Source: Schizochytrium sp. TIO01
Taxonomy: Eukaryota > Protista > Bigyra: Labyrinthulomycetes
Reading direction: 5' to 3'
Assembly: GCA_004764695.1 (NCBI GenBank)
Contig: SMSO01000004.1
Coordinates: 310,001 to 374,000, forward strand
DNA: 64,000 nt
In this document: piece by piece, positions 10,618-22,569 of the stretch
Numbering within the stretch: the first letter of the stretch is position 1
Layout of the letters: the number at the start of each line of letters is the position of its first letter
Notes under the pieces: model-generated
The model's database searches: none
Seen by the model: the letters and a program-made list of their open reading frames with translations, nothing else
Told to the model about the DNA's origin: nothing
Translations under genes and position numbers: made by a program

Positions 10618-11376
10618 TTAACGTTGCGCCCAATCGTTAACACCAATGACGCATTCTTGAAAGTATGGAAGTGTTTGAGCAGCCTGACCTTGAACGTGCT
10701 CGCGCACATTTTGCTGATTTGAGTTCAAAGCAAGGTGGACAACTTGTTTTTGGAATAATGGTCCACTCACAATTGTCATCCGAATGTAACCAGATCTACC
10801 GCTTCGAGATGCTCGATTGTCCATATAGCTATGTAAATTGAAGATCTGGGCAATGGTCAAAGACTGCACTTGCCAACATTCGTACCTTCCGTCATTGAAC
10901 CCAATGCTCTCTTTCAGGGTATCTATGTCTCCACTTCGGTCTACAATATCTGCAGGATATTCATCACATACCCGTGGGTTGAATGGGTTCATTGTGGTCA
11001 GGTGGGGTTCAAAGTGTGCCGTATCCAACTGTTGTGGACGATTCCGTGGAGGATTTATAACTTCGCGAAAGTGATTGATTTCTCTCTCACCAAGATTATA
11101 GGTAGTAGCCACCCAATCGATGAGAGCATAGCCCATAGCAGTAGAGAAGTATCTCGCGCCTCCTACCCGACGTAGATCAATAAAGATGATGCAAGGACCA
11201 TCACAAGGGGTGAACAACGCCGCATCATTTCTTGGCCCAACTTTGTTGACTTCTTCTTTCACTTCTCCCTTAGGTTCCTCCTTCAGTTGAACTCCTTCAA
11301 GAAGCTTGTAGACATCGTCCATGCTAGGAACTGGCACCGAGTTGTTTATGCCTGCTTGTGTAGTGCGTGCAGCCAT
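10618..11376 (-). CDS. Hypothetical protein, 252 aa, candidate 2H-phosphoesterase fold
   Basis: ATG-initiated intact ORF in an otherwise decayed region. Motifs AHFEPHLTTMNPF (H125) and KQVVHLAL (H214) are 89 aa apart. A possible 5'UTR intron spans 11392-11544 (CAG|GTAAGT ... ATCAG). Confidence 0.6.
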   Translation of the reverse strand: MAARTTQAGINNSVPVPSMDDVYKLLEGVQLKEEPKGEVKEEVNKVGPRNDAALFTPCDGPCIIFIDLRRVGGARYFSTAMGYALIDWVATTYNLGEREINHFREVINPPRNRPQQLDTAHFEPHLTTMNPFNPRVCDEYPADIVDRSGDIDTLKESIGFNDGRYECWQVQSLTIAQIFNLHSYMDNRASRSGRSGYIRMTIVSGPLFQKQVVHLALNSNQQNVREHVQGQAAQTLPYFQECVIGVNDWAQR

Positions 11377-12074
11377 GATTAGGTAGTATAGCTGATTGAA
11401 TAATTCTTTGGCCTTGAATTGCAGTTTTGCTCATGGGGGAGCTAGAGGTCGAAGGAATTTCGTCTATACCACTCGAAGTTACTATGGGGTAGGCATCACG
11501 ATAGTACTTTCATTAGGATAGATCTTGCTAAAGAGTTGACTTACCTGGCCAAAATCAAGAAAAGTTTAAGCTTTGAGCCAGGACCTAAATTAAGGTCTGC
11601 GATTTTATTCGGCCTTTTTGTCGACTAGTGCTACCTACCTTATTCTACTACTTAACACCCACACACTCGATCTTTCGACTCGTAATACTAAGAGGTGTGT
11701 ATTAATTATCATTGCGTAAACTGAATTTTCCCCTCTGAAGCGTCTTTTCTGATTTCCATCAGGAGCCTCCTGTGACAAATAGATACCTTCGTAAGCTTTA
11801 GACAGATCATCAAAATGGCATTGTGCAAGGTCCCCTTTCGAGAGGGTAGTGTACTCTGATTAGTCCTCTTGTGTATCTTGGTGACTGGCAGGTTTAATCG
11901 AGAGGAATCAGAGTGTTCACAATTTGATGAGGTCTACCTAGGTACACAGTTTGAAGTTCTTTGTATGTATCCTATTTGGTGCATTTCTATTTTTGTTGTT
12001 ATTGTTGTTGAAGGCAGACAGAACTACTTGGCGTAAAAGCCCGCCTAGTAGGAATCGCCTTCTACCATACTCTC

Positions 12075-12170
12075 ATTCCTCCAAAGTCACTCCTATCAAT
12101 TCTTTGACTTCAGTAAAGCTCAAGCTAAACCAATTTCTCATGACCTTCTACTACACCTCATCATGAAGGT
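12075..12170 (+). mobile_element. Possible non-LTR (LINE) reverse transcriptase relic
   Basis: From 12100 the frame reads FFDFSKAQAKPISHDLLLHL, resembling LINE RT (F/L)DFSKAFDxVxHxLLLxKL. No long ORF survives. Confidence 0.35.
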
Positions 12171-15100
12171 TAGGGTGAGGCGATCACCAAAAGATAGCGT
12201 AGGTAGAGAGATGAAGGGAAATAATAGTTAGCATTAACATTTGGGAACTGCTGACATGGTCCATTGTCCAGGTCTAGGAATTGTGCACGTTCTACTTGGG
12301 TGTTCTCATAAATACACACCTATGTACACACTTAGCTGTTATGCTTCAATATAACACAAGACTGCGAACGCTATAGTTTTTACCAAATGAAACATGATAC
12401 CCTGATGTTGAAAGATAAGTCTGGATGTATGAAAGTCGATTCTAATGATGGAGGCTTAGAAATGCTTATAAGTTAAATTTGTCATTAAAACCTAGCGATC
12501 TACAGTTCTTGAAGTTGAATTCTAGACCTGTCAATTAATGTTAAATTTGGAGACTAAACCATGCTTTCACAAATGTTACTTTATCTCTTCAAGATTCTAA
12601 AAACATTATTTTGAATGCATATCTAGGATCTTCTTTTAATCTTAAATACCTTGGGTTCACAATTGCACTTCTGGTTGCAAAGTATAATCACATGTAAATC
12701 TTAGTTCTTTTGAGGACGTATAAATCCACGCCATAATTCTAGCTATGTGTTTTATTTCATTTATTCCTTGAATTATATGTATTTGTATATGTGTTCGTAT
12801 ATTATTTTTCTCTTGTCAAGATATTTGTTCTATCAGAGATTACGGTACATGGTATACGAGAACATCTCTATTTACTTAAAAGTCTTTTTTGAGATTCCCA
12901 GTTTTAGGTCCATGAGAACAAGCCATGGCCAGAATCCTGACAAACTTTTATGAGTCTTATGCTGTTAGGAATAAAAATTAGAAGAGTTTAACTATCAAAT
13001 ACAAAGGTGTGAGACCAAGAAAATCCAAGACTGAAAGTGCGCTAAATAATAAACCTATTATTGACTGAGGAAACAAGTTAATGGTTAAGTAATACAAATT
13101 AAGTATGGCTTAATCTCCTAATTACAATATTAACCGATTGACTTTGATGTTCATCTTCAAGGTAAGAGTATGAGATAACTAACTTTACAAGCCTACTTAT
13201 ACGAGCTCGTGTTTATGATCTAACAATTCAGAAACATGTTATATAAAAGTTGATGTACTCATTAGCCTACTTACACAGAAATGATATATGCACGAATCAG
13301 TTTTCACAGTGATTACTGAGAAAGAATACAGATACAACACTACGGGATGACTTTGCAAAGCTTAAAAGAACACCTCTTTGAGATCATGACATGATCACTG
13401 ATGTGTAACACCGCATGAGATGCATTCATACTAAGGAACGAAGGGAACAAAACAAGCTTCGAGAGCAGCTTACAAAGCAAATCCGACAGCAGATCCAAAA
13501 TACTGCAAGCGACCCAAAGCATTTGGATCAACTCAAGCGCACATTCAATAAGACAATTGACAACCCTAGTCTCAGTACTAAGTAACTACTACCATCTTAG
13601 ACCTTTCCTCAAATACCTCTAAATAATCATATCCGCGTTACAATAGTGATCATCAAAACCAACACAACTCAAGCTTCATACTTACAGCTTTCTAACGTGC
13701 TCATGGCACTCCTCTCATAATTTTTAGCACGATAGAACACCAACTGAATATTGACCATGGTCTTCATTTCCCTGTAGAACCTTCTGTGTTTAAGCTATTG
13801 GCAAAGAAAATCTCTCTTTAAATTAAAGATGCTGCTGATCTCCGATAAGTGGCACTTTCTACAAAGCTTCATGGGTGATCTCATAATGGGCTTCATAACT
13901 TGCGTTATTTCTGAGAGACGGACGATATTATTAAGCAGCATTGTTTTAAGAATAATTTAGGATGAGGATATTGTGAAATGAGATCACTTCCTTTTAATAA
14001 TTTAATTGTGTAACATATGTTGTCCTAAATTAGCACAGTGTTCTTTACGATTCTAAATATACTTTATATTTACAATTATGTGTACATATCCTTGAACGAT
14101 TCACTTTCCACTTATTGTTGTCAATCATTCTTTAGAAAGGATGGGTATAACAGCTTGGAACTCGTAGCTAGTTTGTTGGCAAGCACATACCTGCACATGC
14201 TAAAGTGCACGACAAGCCACACGCTCAAGCAACTTGAAACCATGCAAAATAATTTGGAAGCAACATAGATATTTAATATCTAGGTACTACCAGCTATAAC
14301 ACCCTCTTTCACACTGGTCGTTTGAGTTGCTCATAGCCAGTGTGAACTTTAAAAATAAAATTAAAAAATGCACCTTTAATAATATTTTTAAGTTAAATAA
14401 AAATAACTATCACATGTACCTTTAAAATGAAGAAAAGACGCAGTATTCCACAGATTAATCACTTGCGTCATTCAGATTAGTTCTGAGCACAGAACTCAAC
14501 CGAACGTTGTAATCATACAATTGGTACTGCATGAGCTTTATGTGCTGTGAAAGGTCTCAGCTGCATTGAACGTCAACGAAACCAACTTTATGACAGAGGG
14601 GGCACAACAATGAATTTAAACGTAGGTACGCAAAATACCAGTTCAACATGCTCTAGTTGAAACATGCACATACCTTCAATAGTTCACTGACTTGGAACCT
14701 TAACACGCTCACCCCATGACTTGTGTATAAATTGTGGTGCTGGAACTATCATATCTCTTGAATCGTCCTACTTTTTTTTTTTTCTTTCTTAACTTTTTTA
14801 AAATTAAATTTCAAATATAACAAATTATAAAAATCAGGAAGGGAAAACAACTTATCAATGGGGCAACTTTTCATAGCTGGTCGTGAATCAGAAGCCGAAG
14901 CGGGGTTTATAGACAGGCTCTTAGAGCCTAGATAGATTCTGAATATGCATAAAAATCTCCCTAAACCAGCGCGGCTGAGAAATATGTAAGGTGTTTAGGA
15001 AGAATTGCAACCTTGTGCGAGGGAATCAACGCAGTTTTGAAAGTGCATGGAATCATCTTCAAGCACACACTGAAAAGTCGAAGGGTGCCTGCGTGCATTT

Positions 15101-15787
15101 TTGACTAGAGAGTTTAGCACTCATCTTTGACTAGTAACCTAGTCTCGGCGCGCGCAAAAATAGCTTACGCCTCTTTTTGCATTCTTGGAAATAAAAATAT
15201 TATAAAATAAAATAAAATAAAATAGTAAAAATAGTAAAAATATGTTTCTGAGGACGTGGGAATCTGCTTTATAGCATCCAAAACTTGTATTTTGGCCTTA
15301 CTTTTTTTCTATTCGAGAATTTTGTCCAGATCGGCCGTAGTAGTCCAATGACACTATGTGCAATTAGCATGTCTAAAAGCCGACAAAACACCACAACCAT
15401 CATTTCACAGTATTCTACGTCCATGCGTAGCATATGACCAATCTCCAACTATCGATTTTCACTCGCTCGCATTGGTTTGTGCAGTACACCAATGTGCTTT
15501 GCTGAAAATATCCCTCCTTGGCGGTTCCTTTTAGTTTTATTCTTTCTTCTTTGAATCTCACAAAAAAAATAGTATCCTGATTTTAATTTCAAATAAATAA
15601 AAAACGTTTTTAAATAATTAATACATAAGCAGGCCCAACAAACTATTCACCTCCCACCCACATAATCTAATTTAATAAGATTTTCAAAAAGGAATTCAAA
15701 ATCTCCTGTCAGTAGCAGCTTTAAAGCCCATATATAAATTAGGTTCCTATGTCACTTTCCATTCAAGGAATCACATCAGCGATCAAG

Positions 15788-18700
15788 CAGATCCAACAAA
15801 CCTCAATTAGACAATTGCAGAGATTGACAACAAACACCTAACTCATTCTCCCTCAATCATCGACAAGGATAAAGACTGCTAATAAACTGGTGAGTGCTCA
15901 ACATGAGTACAAACCAAACATATAGAATCATACGACTGCTCCTTGTGAGCATTGCACTGCTGCTTTCGTGTTATGATTCATATGCCATAAACATCAATCT
16001 TCCCAATCTCGTCAACGACTATATGAACGCTACGATCGGCTGTGTCTACCAAGGTTCCATTGGTAACAGGGGTAGTGCGATTCAACTTGGCACAGCAAGC
16101 AATGCAAGTGAGTGCTCTCAAAGTTGTACTTCGCGGTGGCTTAGCTCGCAACTTCGAGGTGTCATTGTGACAGGTATTCGAGATGGCGAAACATTTACAG
16201 CGTCCTTTGGATCCACCTTTCAATCTGACTCCAGTGTCGACGACATTTTTACAACATGTGTCAGCCTAGTTGGAGACGAGTCATGCACCACAACCTATGA
16301 TGTTTTTGTATCAAATGGCAACGTTCTCACAGACGTTGTGATCAATAAAGCTGAGATCACCGCAGTCACTCTGTCACCGTGTCCCGAATACACGATCACA
16401 GATGGCTCTGGGGTGATCTTTCAGGATCTCAGTGGGGCAACTATCCCATACCTTCGTCAGCTTGATATGGGTGTGCTGGAAAATGCTACAACATTCACAA
16501 TCTCGGGGGGCTTTTCAAGCTACGCTTGTACCGCATATACCAATGGTCAGTCCTCTGAGTCTTACAAAGGATGCTTATCTTGGGTTTATGACCCATCGGC
16601 CAACACCTGTACCTTGTACAATGACGCAGTCGATGGTGCAGACACTTGGACATATGCCACCGATACAGAACAACCCATATTTGGTAATGCAGTATGCGAA
16701 AGCCTTGAAAAGGATGTGCAAGGCTTCGTTGCCACAATGGAAGCTACCAAAGGATGCGTTCTCCCAAACGTCAATATTCCTTATGAAGAGGTCGCTACAC
16801 CAACTACTACATCTGACTTCCATGAATGTCGCCGCATTTGTCAACAGACCGATGACTGTGTAGCATTTGTATTCAATGAAGAAACAAGCCTATGTTCTCC
16901 CCAAAGCGCAGAAGCAATGAACAATTATGCTGAAAAGTCTAATACAGCTACAGGAACAGCTTATTGCTCTACATGTCAAACGGGTTACTACTTTAGATTT
17001 ATCGCATCATCAACAGATAGTTGCTATCCATGCGAACGAGGCTATTACTGCTCAAACAATCTGCGCTATAAATGCACGGCTGGCGACTACTGCATTGAAA
17101 GGCTGCTCGAGCAGCCTGAAACGTATGGTGGAAACAATGTTTGTCCTGACAGTCGTACAGGCGTAGCTTGTCAGCATCATGTGTGCCAGATGTCTAGCAC
17201 GGGCCAAGCCTTGCTACAGCAAAGCTTTCAAGAGCCAGAAGACTTCGACTATACCTCATATCAAGCAGATTCCATTGTATCTACTCAAGTACTCGATGAG
17301 GAATCTTGGACACTGTCTTTTGACACTGTCATCAAGACCGGAGTCCTTCCGGACACAATGGAATACATGGTAGTTGAGGCACGCCAGACTCAGGGTACCT
17401 CATATAGTGTTCTAGACAGCATGCGTACGCCTGTTCCCGATAGTCTTGAATGTCCCACCATCACTTATGAAGTCACAGGACTTGCTCAGAACGAACTCCA
17501 ACCCGGCACCGAAGTTGTCGTGTGTGCAACCGCTTCATGGACGTCGAATGCGAAGCCTACATCCTGGTTTAACCTTACCTCAGAGACGACCGATACGAAA
17601 GAAGTGGCTTCCTCATGCTATACTCTTGACATCCAGCTCGTGACCAAGCTCAGCATCGACTTAAGCAATATTCATGGATCTATCAGTGTAGGCGCAGTCG
17701 TGGTCACCTACTCTCTTGATGATAGCTCTGAAATCAAGTCTTTGACACTCGACGCAGATGGAGAGTACGAAACGATACTACAGGGTCATTCAACAATTAC
17801 AATCCACAGTGCTACAAAGAGTGGAGTGAGTACTAATATTACCTACTGTGCTCTCGGAGATACTTGTTCCGAAAGTCAGGTCAGCGTGTTTCCTCAAACC
17901 ATCTCTCTCAATCACCTGGAAAATACAAATATCTACCTCAAAGACGTTAACGGCAGAGTCATCTCTGGAACTATCGATTATCCAAACCTAATGCAGAAGA
18001 CGAATGTGACAAACTGCCCTGTGTATAACGCAACCGTTTCTGTTGTCACTACAAGTGCAGGAATTGTTATCGATACGACCACTACAGATGAATATGGAAA
18101 CTTTCAATTGGCTGTGCAAAAAGGAACAACTACTAGCCTGGTGATTGACTACTATGAGCACAGCTTTACAGGAAATGACGCCAACTCCAAGAGCTTGCTC
18201 ACAGGCGTATTGGTACAAGATGATATATCTGGAATCTCATTCAGTGACTCCACGGTGCCTGTAGTAACATTTAATACTGGTGCAACCTTGTGTAACTATG
18301 ATATTGGAGATGTCAAAATTTCGATTTCGTCGTCTTCCCCAAACTGTCCTGGAGAAACAAGTGTTACCGCGGAGTCAGCCACGACCGAATTTCAACTGAG
18401 CGGAGATTCATTCACATACTCACTTGAATACATTGACAACCCAGATTTCCAAGAGAGCTTTGATGCGATCTCGATGCATACGTTCAGCGTCTTGGATGGC
18501 GACATAGAGATCAATGCGCAGTACCAGCCAGTACCAGAGCTCACTGTCAGCTTTCCCGACGCTGCTCTTGATTTCGATGATTGTGGCTCTACACTTCCTT
18601 TTGATGTGATGCTGGAAGGGAGACAAAACACTAGCGTCGCAGTCAGGGGCTTTCAAACTTTCAACAAGCAAACCTGCTATTCTCTACCGAGTAATACGAC

Positions 18701-21414
18701 GCTCCATGTAGTGAGCGACTTGGCACTTGAATGGGGTGAGTATGGATGTATTGAAGACGCAGATTGCACTGCGTCATTCAACCGCGTGGCAAATACGTAT
18801 TCTTCAAGAAGTTCCATAGCTACGATGTACTTAATGGTCGGCGACCCAAAGGCTCCTCAGCAAACAGGTACAGGCATCGACCCTACCTCGATTACTCGAA
18901 CAGTCACATTTCGTGTTGAAAATGATCAGATTTGGAATTCAGATGATGAAGCTACTGCAAAGGCTTTGACTACGGAGACTGGGGTGCTTGTGATTGGGAT
19001 CACATCGTTAGAAAGTAACGGCGGAGTGAGTTTTCCAAGTGAGGACTCTGTGCCATTGTATTATCTGTATGCGCCGCCGATGACCTCTGAAGACTCTGTA
19101 GCAAGTGTAAGTTTTACGGGTTCGTTCTCTACAGAAACTACCACATATGCGGAAGTTGTCAACGAGAACGATGTTGGCGCATCTGTTGAGGTTTCAGCTG
19201 AAGCTGGGTTCTGGTTTGTCCATACATCTGTAACAACGTCAACCAGCGTTGACTCCGTTTCTACTAATGTTGAGTCTCTGGATGACCGGGTCTCTACAAG
19301 CACAGATGAAACAACGTATACATTTGAGACCACCAGTGCTGGAGAGGATCTAGTTCTCTTCATGGGTACTGTCGCTGATTTGACAGAGGCTGTTGATCTC
19401 TCGTTCGATCAGAGTACATGCACTGTAGCCGCAGAGAACACAATGACCTGGGGTGCAGAAGTGAGTACACTCACAGTGTATTCGCGCTCCGCTTGTGAGC
19501 GTGATCTTGCTACCGCAAACAGATTCATCCGCCTGTACAAAAACGACGTATCCAGAGCTGATCAGGTGCAGAATATGCGATTTCAGCGAGACAACTGGCA
19601 GAGTTTACTTTCTCACTGGGATAATGACAAGCGTGCAGCGCAAAACTATCCTGTTGATTTGTCGAGTGCAGGCGGTTCTGGGGCATCTGGAAATACGCTC
19701 ACCGTGAGCGGGGCATCTGTGTCGTTTTCCGAAACGCTGTCGAATGAGAACTCCGCGGTGACTGATTATGACTGTGCATCTGGCAGCGACACATACTCAG
19801 CGAGCGTCACTGCATCCGCTAATGTGGATGCTTTCTTCGTCAAGGCGTCTGGATCAGCAACTGTATCAGGGTCGTTCTCTAGGTCATATACCAGAGAACT
19901 AAAGACCACCGAGGGAAATGCAGTCGATGTCACTCGTTCAGTCACCTTCAACACTGGTAACGAGCTGAACCAGCTAACTATGAATGCGTATCGGTCTCCA
20001 CATTCTCAATCGTACGTCTTTGATGTAACAAGTGGCCAGACCATGTGCCCACACGTTCCTGGCACCACTCAGATTGAGAACTTTTCTCTGGACTATAAGG
20101 AAAAGCCTGCAAGTTTATTAAGCAGCGACAGCGGTTCCTTTGCATTTGATATCATTCCGTTGATTCCCAGTGGGCTTGATTTAGATCTAGATCTGGTTAT
20201 CTCAGTCGATCCAGGCAGTGCAAGCGAGAACATTTCATATACAATTGGATCTGCCACAGTAAATCAACCCTTCAATGTGAGTGTAGGGGACACGCAGACA
20301 ATATATGTTTATTTTGAACGTCTTGATTCGCGCATTCGCTCCTCAACTGTGCTGATGCAGGTTGCATCGCAGTGTGATGATAATATTGTCAAAACAATCT
20401 CATTCAAATTAACATGGGACTCGCCATGTGTTGATGTCGAGTGGGATGGTGATTTGACCAATTTGACATCTTCGTGGTTTTTAACCAATGAATCGCCTGA
20501 GCTGACACTAGCATACACCCAGGAAGGCTCGTCTGAGACAGGCGATGATAACAAGATAGAGTCTACTGTTGAAGTGTGGGGTCTCCCTTATGAAGACAGC
20601 GTTACTGTGGCAACTACAGAATGGATAAATCTGGGGACATTTGCTAGTGGTTCTCGTGAGCTGACCCTAAATGCTGGAACTGCAAGCTTTCCTGACGATG
20701 GGCGCTATGTCTTAGAGCTCCGTCGCAGTTGCAGTGGTGGGTCCATGGGTTTTCTTGGAGCAACAAAATCAAGTCAACGTTTGGGTATTTTTGATACAGC
20801 AAGTCCTGAAGTCTTGTCTTGGATCTCTCCCAAAACTGTTTCGACAGCTGTCTCTGCACTACAAGCAATGACGTTTCGATTTAATGAGCCTATTGACTGT
20901 TCCTCCTCGGATCTTTCTGCAAACATTTCAAGGACGAGTGGTAATACAGTAGTTCTTGGGGAAGTTGGGATCTCATGTTCATCCAGTCTCACGGACGTTT
21001 CTGTGGTTCTGATGCTGTCGTCAGAGGCGGAGATGACGGCATGGAGCATGTCACAGGTTACCATCGGGCTGTTTGGCGTTGAAGATCTTCATGGAAATGC
21101 TTACAAGAGCTCTGCGGGAGATTCGTATCTGGAGCGGACCTTTGTGTTGCCTTCTTTACCACTTCCGGCTTCGGGTAGTACTGCAGTGGGTTCTGGTGTT
21201 CCGAGCGCAACAAAGATGGCATCCATGGTAAGCTCTGTGCGGGAGGCTCTTATTCCAAGTGGGCAAGCCATAAAGTCAACATACATTGAGACTGGAGATG
21301 AGAGCGATGACAACAGTGGTCTTAGTAAAGGTGCAAAAGCAGGCATTGCTGTTGGTGTGATAGTTGGCTCTCTTCTTGTGATTGGCGCAGCAGTGTTTGC
21401 CTGGAAACGCTACC
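15788..21414 (+). repeat. Segmental duplication unit B (paired with 2694-8321)
   Basis: Near-identical to 2694-8321. Confidence 0.95.
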
Positions 21415-21518
21415 GGGATCGGAGTCAGCTATCAGATTTTACTTTGAGTTCTAACAGCCATGGTGTTAATACAATGACATCTGGGAAAAAAAGTAAACAT
21501 GTTGAAGACATGTTATAA
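15903..21518 (+). CDS. Giant type I membrane/surface protein, copy B (~1,871 aa), paralog of 2810-8482 with a different cytosolic tail
   Basis: Uninterrupted ORF, first ATG at 15903. About 26 aa differences from copy A up to the TM (manual count). Tail is unrelated except for the terminal VEDML. Confidence 0.85.
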   Translation: MSTNQTYRIIRLLLVSIALLLSCYDSYAININLPNLVNDYMNATIGCVYQGSIGNRGSAIQLGTASNASECSQSCTSRWLSSQLRGVIVTGIRDGETFTASFGSTFQSDSSVDDIFTTCVSLVGDESCTTTYDVFVSNGNVLTDVVINKAEITAVTLSPCPEYTITDGSGVIFQDLSGATIPYLRQLDMGVLENATTFTISGGFSSYACTAYTNGQSSESYKGCLSWVYDPSANTCTLYNDAVDGADTWTYATDTEQPIFGNAVCESLEKDVQGFVATMEATKGCVLPNVNIPYEEVATPTTTSDFHECRRICQQTDDCVAFVFNEETSLCSPQSAEAMNNYAEKSNTATGTAYCSTCQTGYYFRFIASSTDSCYPCERGYYCSNNLRYKCTAGDYCIERLLEQPETYGGNNVCPDSRTGVACQHHVCQMSSTGQALLQQSFQEPEDFDYTSYQADSIVSTQVLDEESWTLSFDTVIKTGVLPDTMEYMVVEARQTQGTSYSVLDSMRTPVPDSLECPTITYEVTGLAQNELQPGTEVVVCATASWTSNAKPTSWFNLTSETTDTKEVASSCYTLDIQLVTKLSIDLSNIHGSISVGAVVVTYSLDDSSEIKSLTLDADGEYETILQGHSTITIHSATKSGVSTNITYCALGDTCSESQVSVFPQTISLNHLENTNIYLKDVNGRVISGTIDYPNLMQKTNVTNCPVYNATVSVVTTSAGIVIDTTTTDEYGNFQLAVQKGTTTSLVIDYYEHSFTGNDANSKSLLTGVLVQDDISGISFSDSTVPVVTFNTGATLCNYDIGDVKISISSSSPNCPGETSVTAESATTEFQLSGDSFTYSLEYIDNPDFQESFDAISMHTFSVLDGDIEINAQYQPVPELTVSFPDAALDFDDCGSTLPFDVMLEGRQNTSVAVRGFQTFNKQTCYSLPSNTTLHVVSDLALEWGEYGCIEDADCTASFNRVANTYSSRSSIATMYLMVGDPKAPQQTGTGIDPTSITRTVTFRVENDQIWNSDDEATAKALTTETGVLVIGITSLESNGGVSFPSEDSVPLYYLYAPPMTSEDSVASVSFTGSFSTETTTYAEVVNENDVGASVEVSAEAGFWFVHTSVTTSTSVDSVSTNVESLDDRVSTSTDETTYTFETTSAGEDLVLFMGTVADLTEAVDLSFDQSTCTVAAENTMTWGAEVSTLTVYSRSACERDLATANRFIRLYKNDVSRADQVQNMRFQRDNWQSLLSHWDNDKRAAQNYPVDLSSAGGSGASGNTLTVSGASVSFSETLSNENSAVTDYDCASGSDTYSASVTASANVDAFFVKASGSATVSGSFSRSYTRELKTTEGNAVDVTRSVTFNTGNELNQLTMNAYRSPHSQSYVFDVTSGQTMCPHVPGTTQIENFSLDYKEKPASLLSSDSGSFAFDIIPLIPSGLDLDLDLVISVDPGSASENISYTIGSATVNQPFNVSVGDTQTIYVYFERLDSRIRSSTVLMQVASQCDDNIVKTISFKLTWDSPCVDVEWDGDLTNLTSSWFLTNESPELTLAYTQEGSSETGDDNKIESTVEVWGLPYEDSVTVATTEWINLGTFASGSRELTLNAGTASFPDDGRYVLELRRSCSGGSMGFLGATKSSQRLGIFDTASPEVLSWISPKTVSTAVSALQAMTFRFNEPIDCSSSDLSANISRTSGNTVVLGEVGISCSSSLTDVSVVLMLSSEAEMTAWSMSQVTIGLFGVEDLHGNAYKSSAGDSYLERTFVLPSLPLPASGSTAVGSGVPSATKMASMVSSVREALIPSGQAIKSTYIETGDESDDNSGLSKGAKAGIAVGVIVGSLLVIGAAVFAWKRYRDRSQLSDFTLSSNSHGVNTMTSGKKSKHVEDML

Positions 21519-22569
21519 AATTGATGATGGTGTTCCTTCAATTCAAGGTTCGCGCATTTATTTTTAAAGGAAGAAAACGATTGAGATATTTTTTAGCATT
21601 TGATAAACTTGATTTCAGAATATTAATGTCTACAAAGAAGCATTGAAGCTTTTGCCTTATTTAGGTAATCTATTTCAAGTTTATTTTATCTACGTTTAGC
21701 CAATGAAAGGTTGATGATTCTTGTTTGAGAGGAGTTTAATTGAAAGACATAGTGAAGTTGTGTGAGGTGTCAATGCATGTACTTCGGCCAAGGTGAGGTT
21801 ACTATCAATGTCATGAGACAGTCTTTAGTTTATCTGTGATACTATATGCAAAAAAAAATCAAAAAATCGAGAGGTTGAAGACGCTTTCATAATCTGTTAT
21901 AATGCTGTTGTAGATCATAAACAACATGAGGCAATATTTTAATCCTTGATATGGATGGTTTGTGGCATAGTTTTGTTGTTGTCTTTGTTTTATATGCGCA
22001 CAGCTTTCCACTAAAAAATAATTCCTCTTGGACACTATTGCAGAATAGCTTGTGCTGTGAAGTGTGCAGAGGTAGTCTGACAAGGATAGCGAAGGAGAAA
22101 GAGGGTGGTATTTGAGTGATTGGGGTTTCGGGTCTGCAGACAGGCAGGATACATGTATGAACAGAAAAGTTTGTTAGATTAGGTTGTATATTACTTCAAT
22201 AGATACATTGCGCAGCACTTGTAAGTTTGAAGTTTATAATTTGGTGTTTTATTTTTTAATTAAAAAAGGTCACAGGTAAAATGAGCCATAGTGGAGAGTA
22301 AGCCACCACCGGGCCTACAATGCCGGAAAGAGGGCCTGCCGAGAAGAATTGAGCATGGGCGCCAACGGGGACTGCCCTGATGTTCCTTAAGATTTGACAA
22401 CCTTGGTACTCTTTTCTCAATATAAAATTAAAAGAAGAGAATAGCAAAGCGCAGTTGATTGAAGACAATCACATTGCAACCAAGTATGTGTCTCCTCACT
22501 ATTGTTTCGTTTTGCTTCTGCGTTGGACACAGGGTTGGAGATTCAAACATGATTGACATAGAAAGTTTC

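Noticed and set aside
11539-11550. ACTTACCTGG resembling the U1 snRNA 5' end
   Set aside because: No U1 stem-loops or Sm site follow. It is better explained as a minus-strand splice donor (CAG|GTAAGT).
2885-21346. Many 60-140 aa ORFs overlapping the two giant genes, and similar ones within the ABC, myosin and BRWD genes
   Set aside because: Shadow or alternate-frame ORFs. Their recurrence in both copies simply reflects the duplication.
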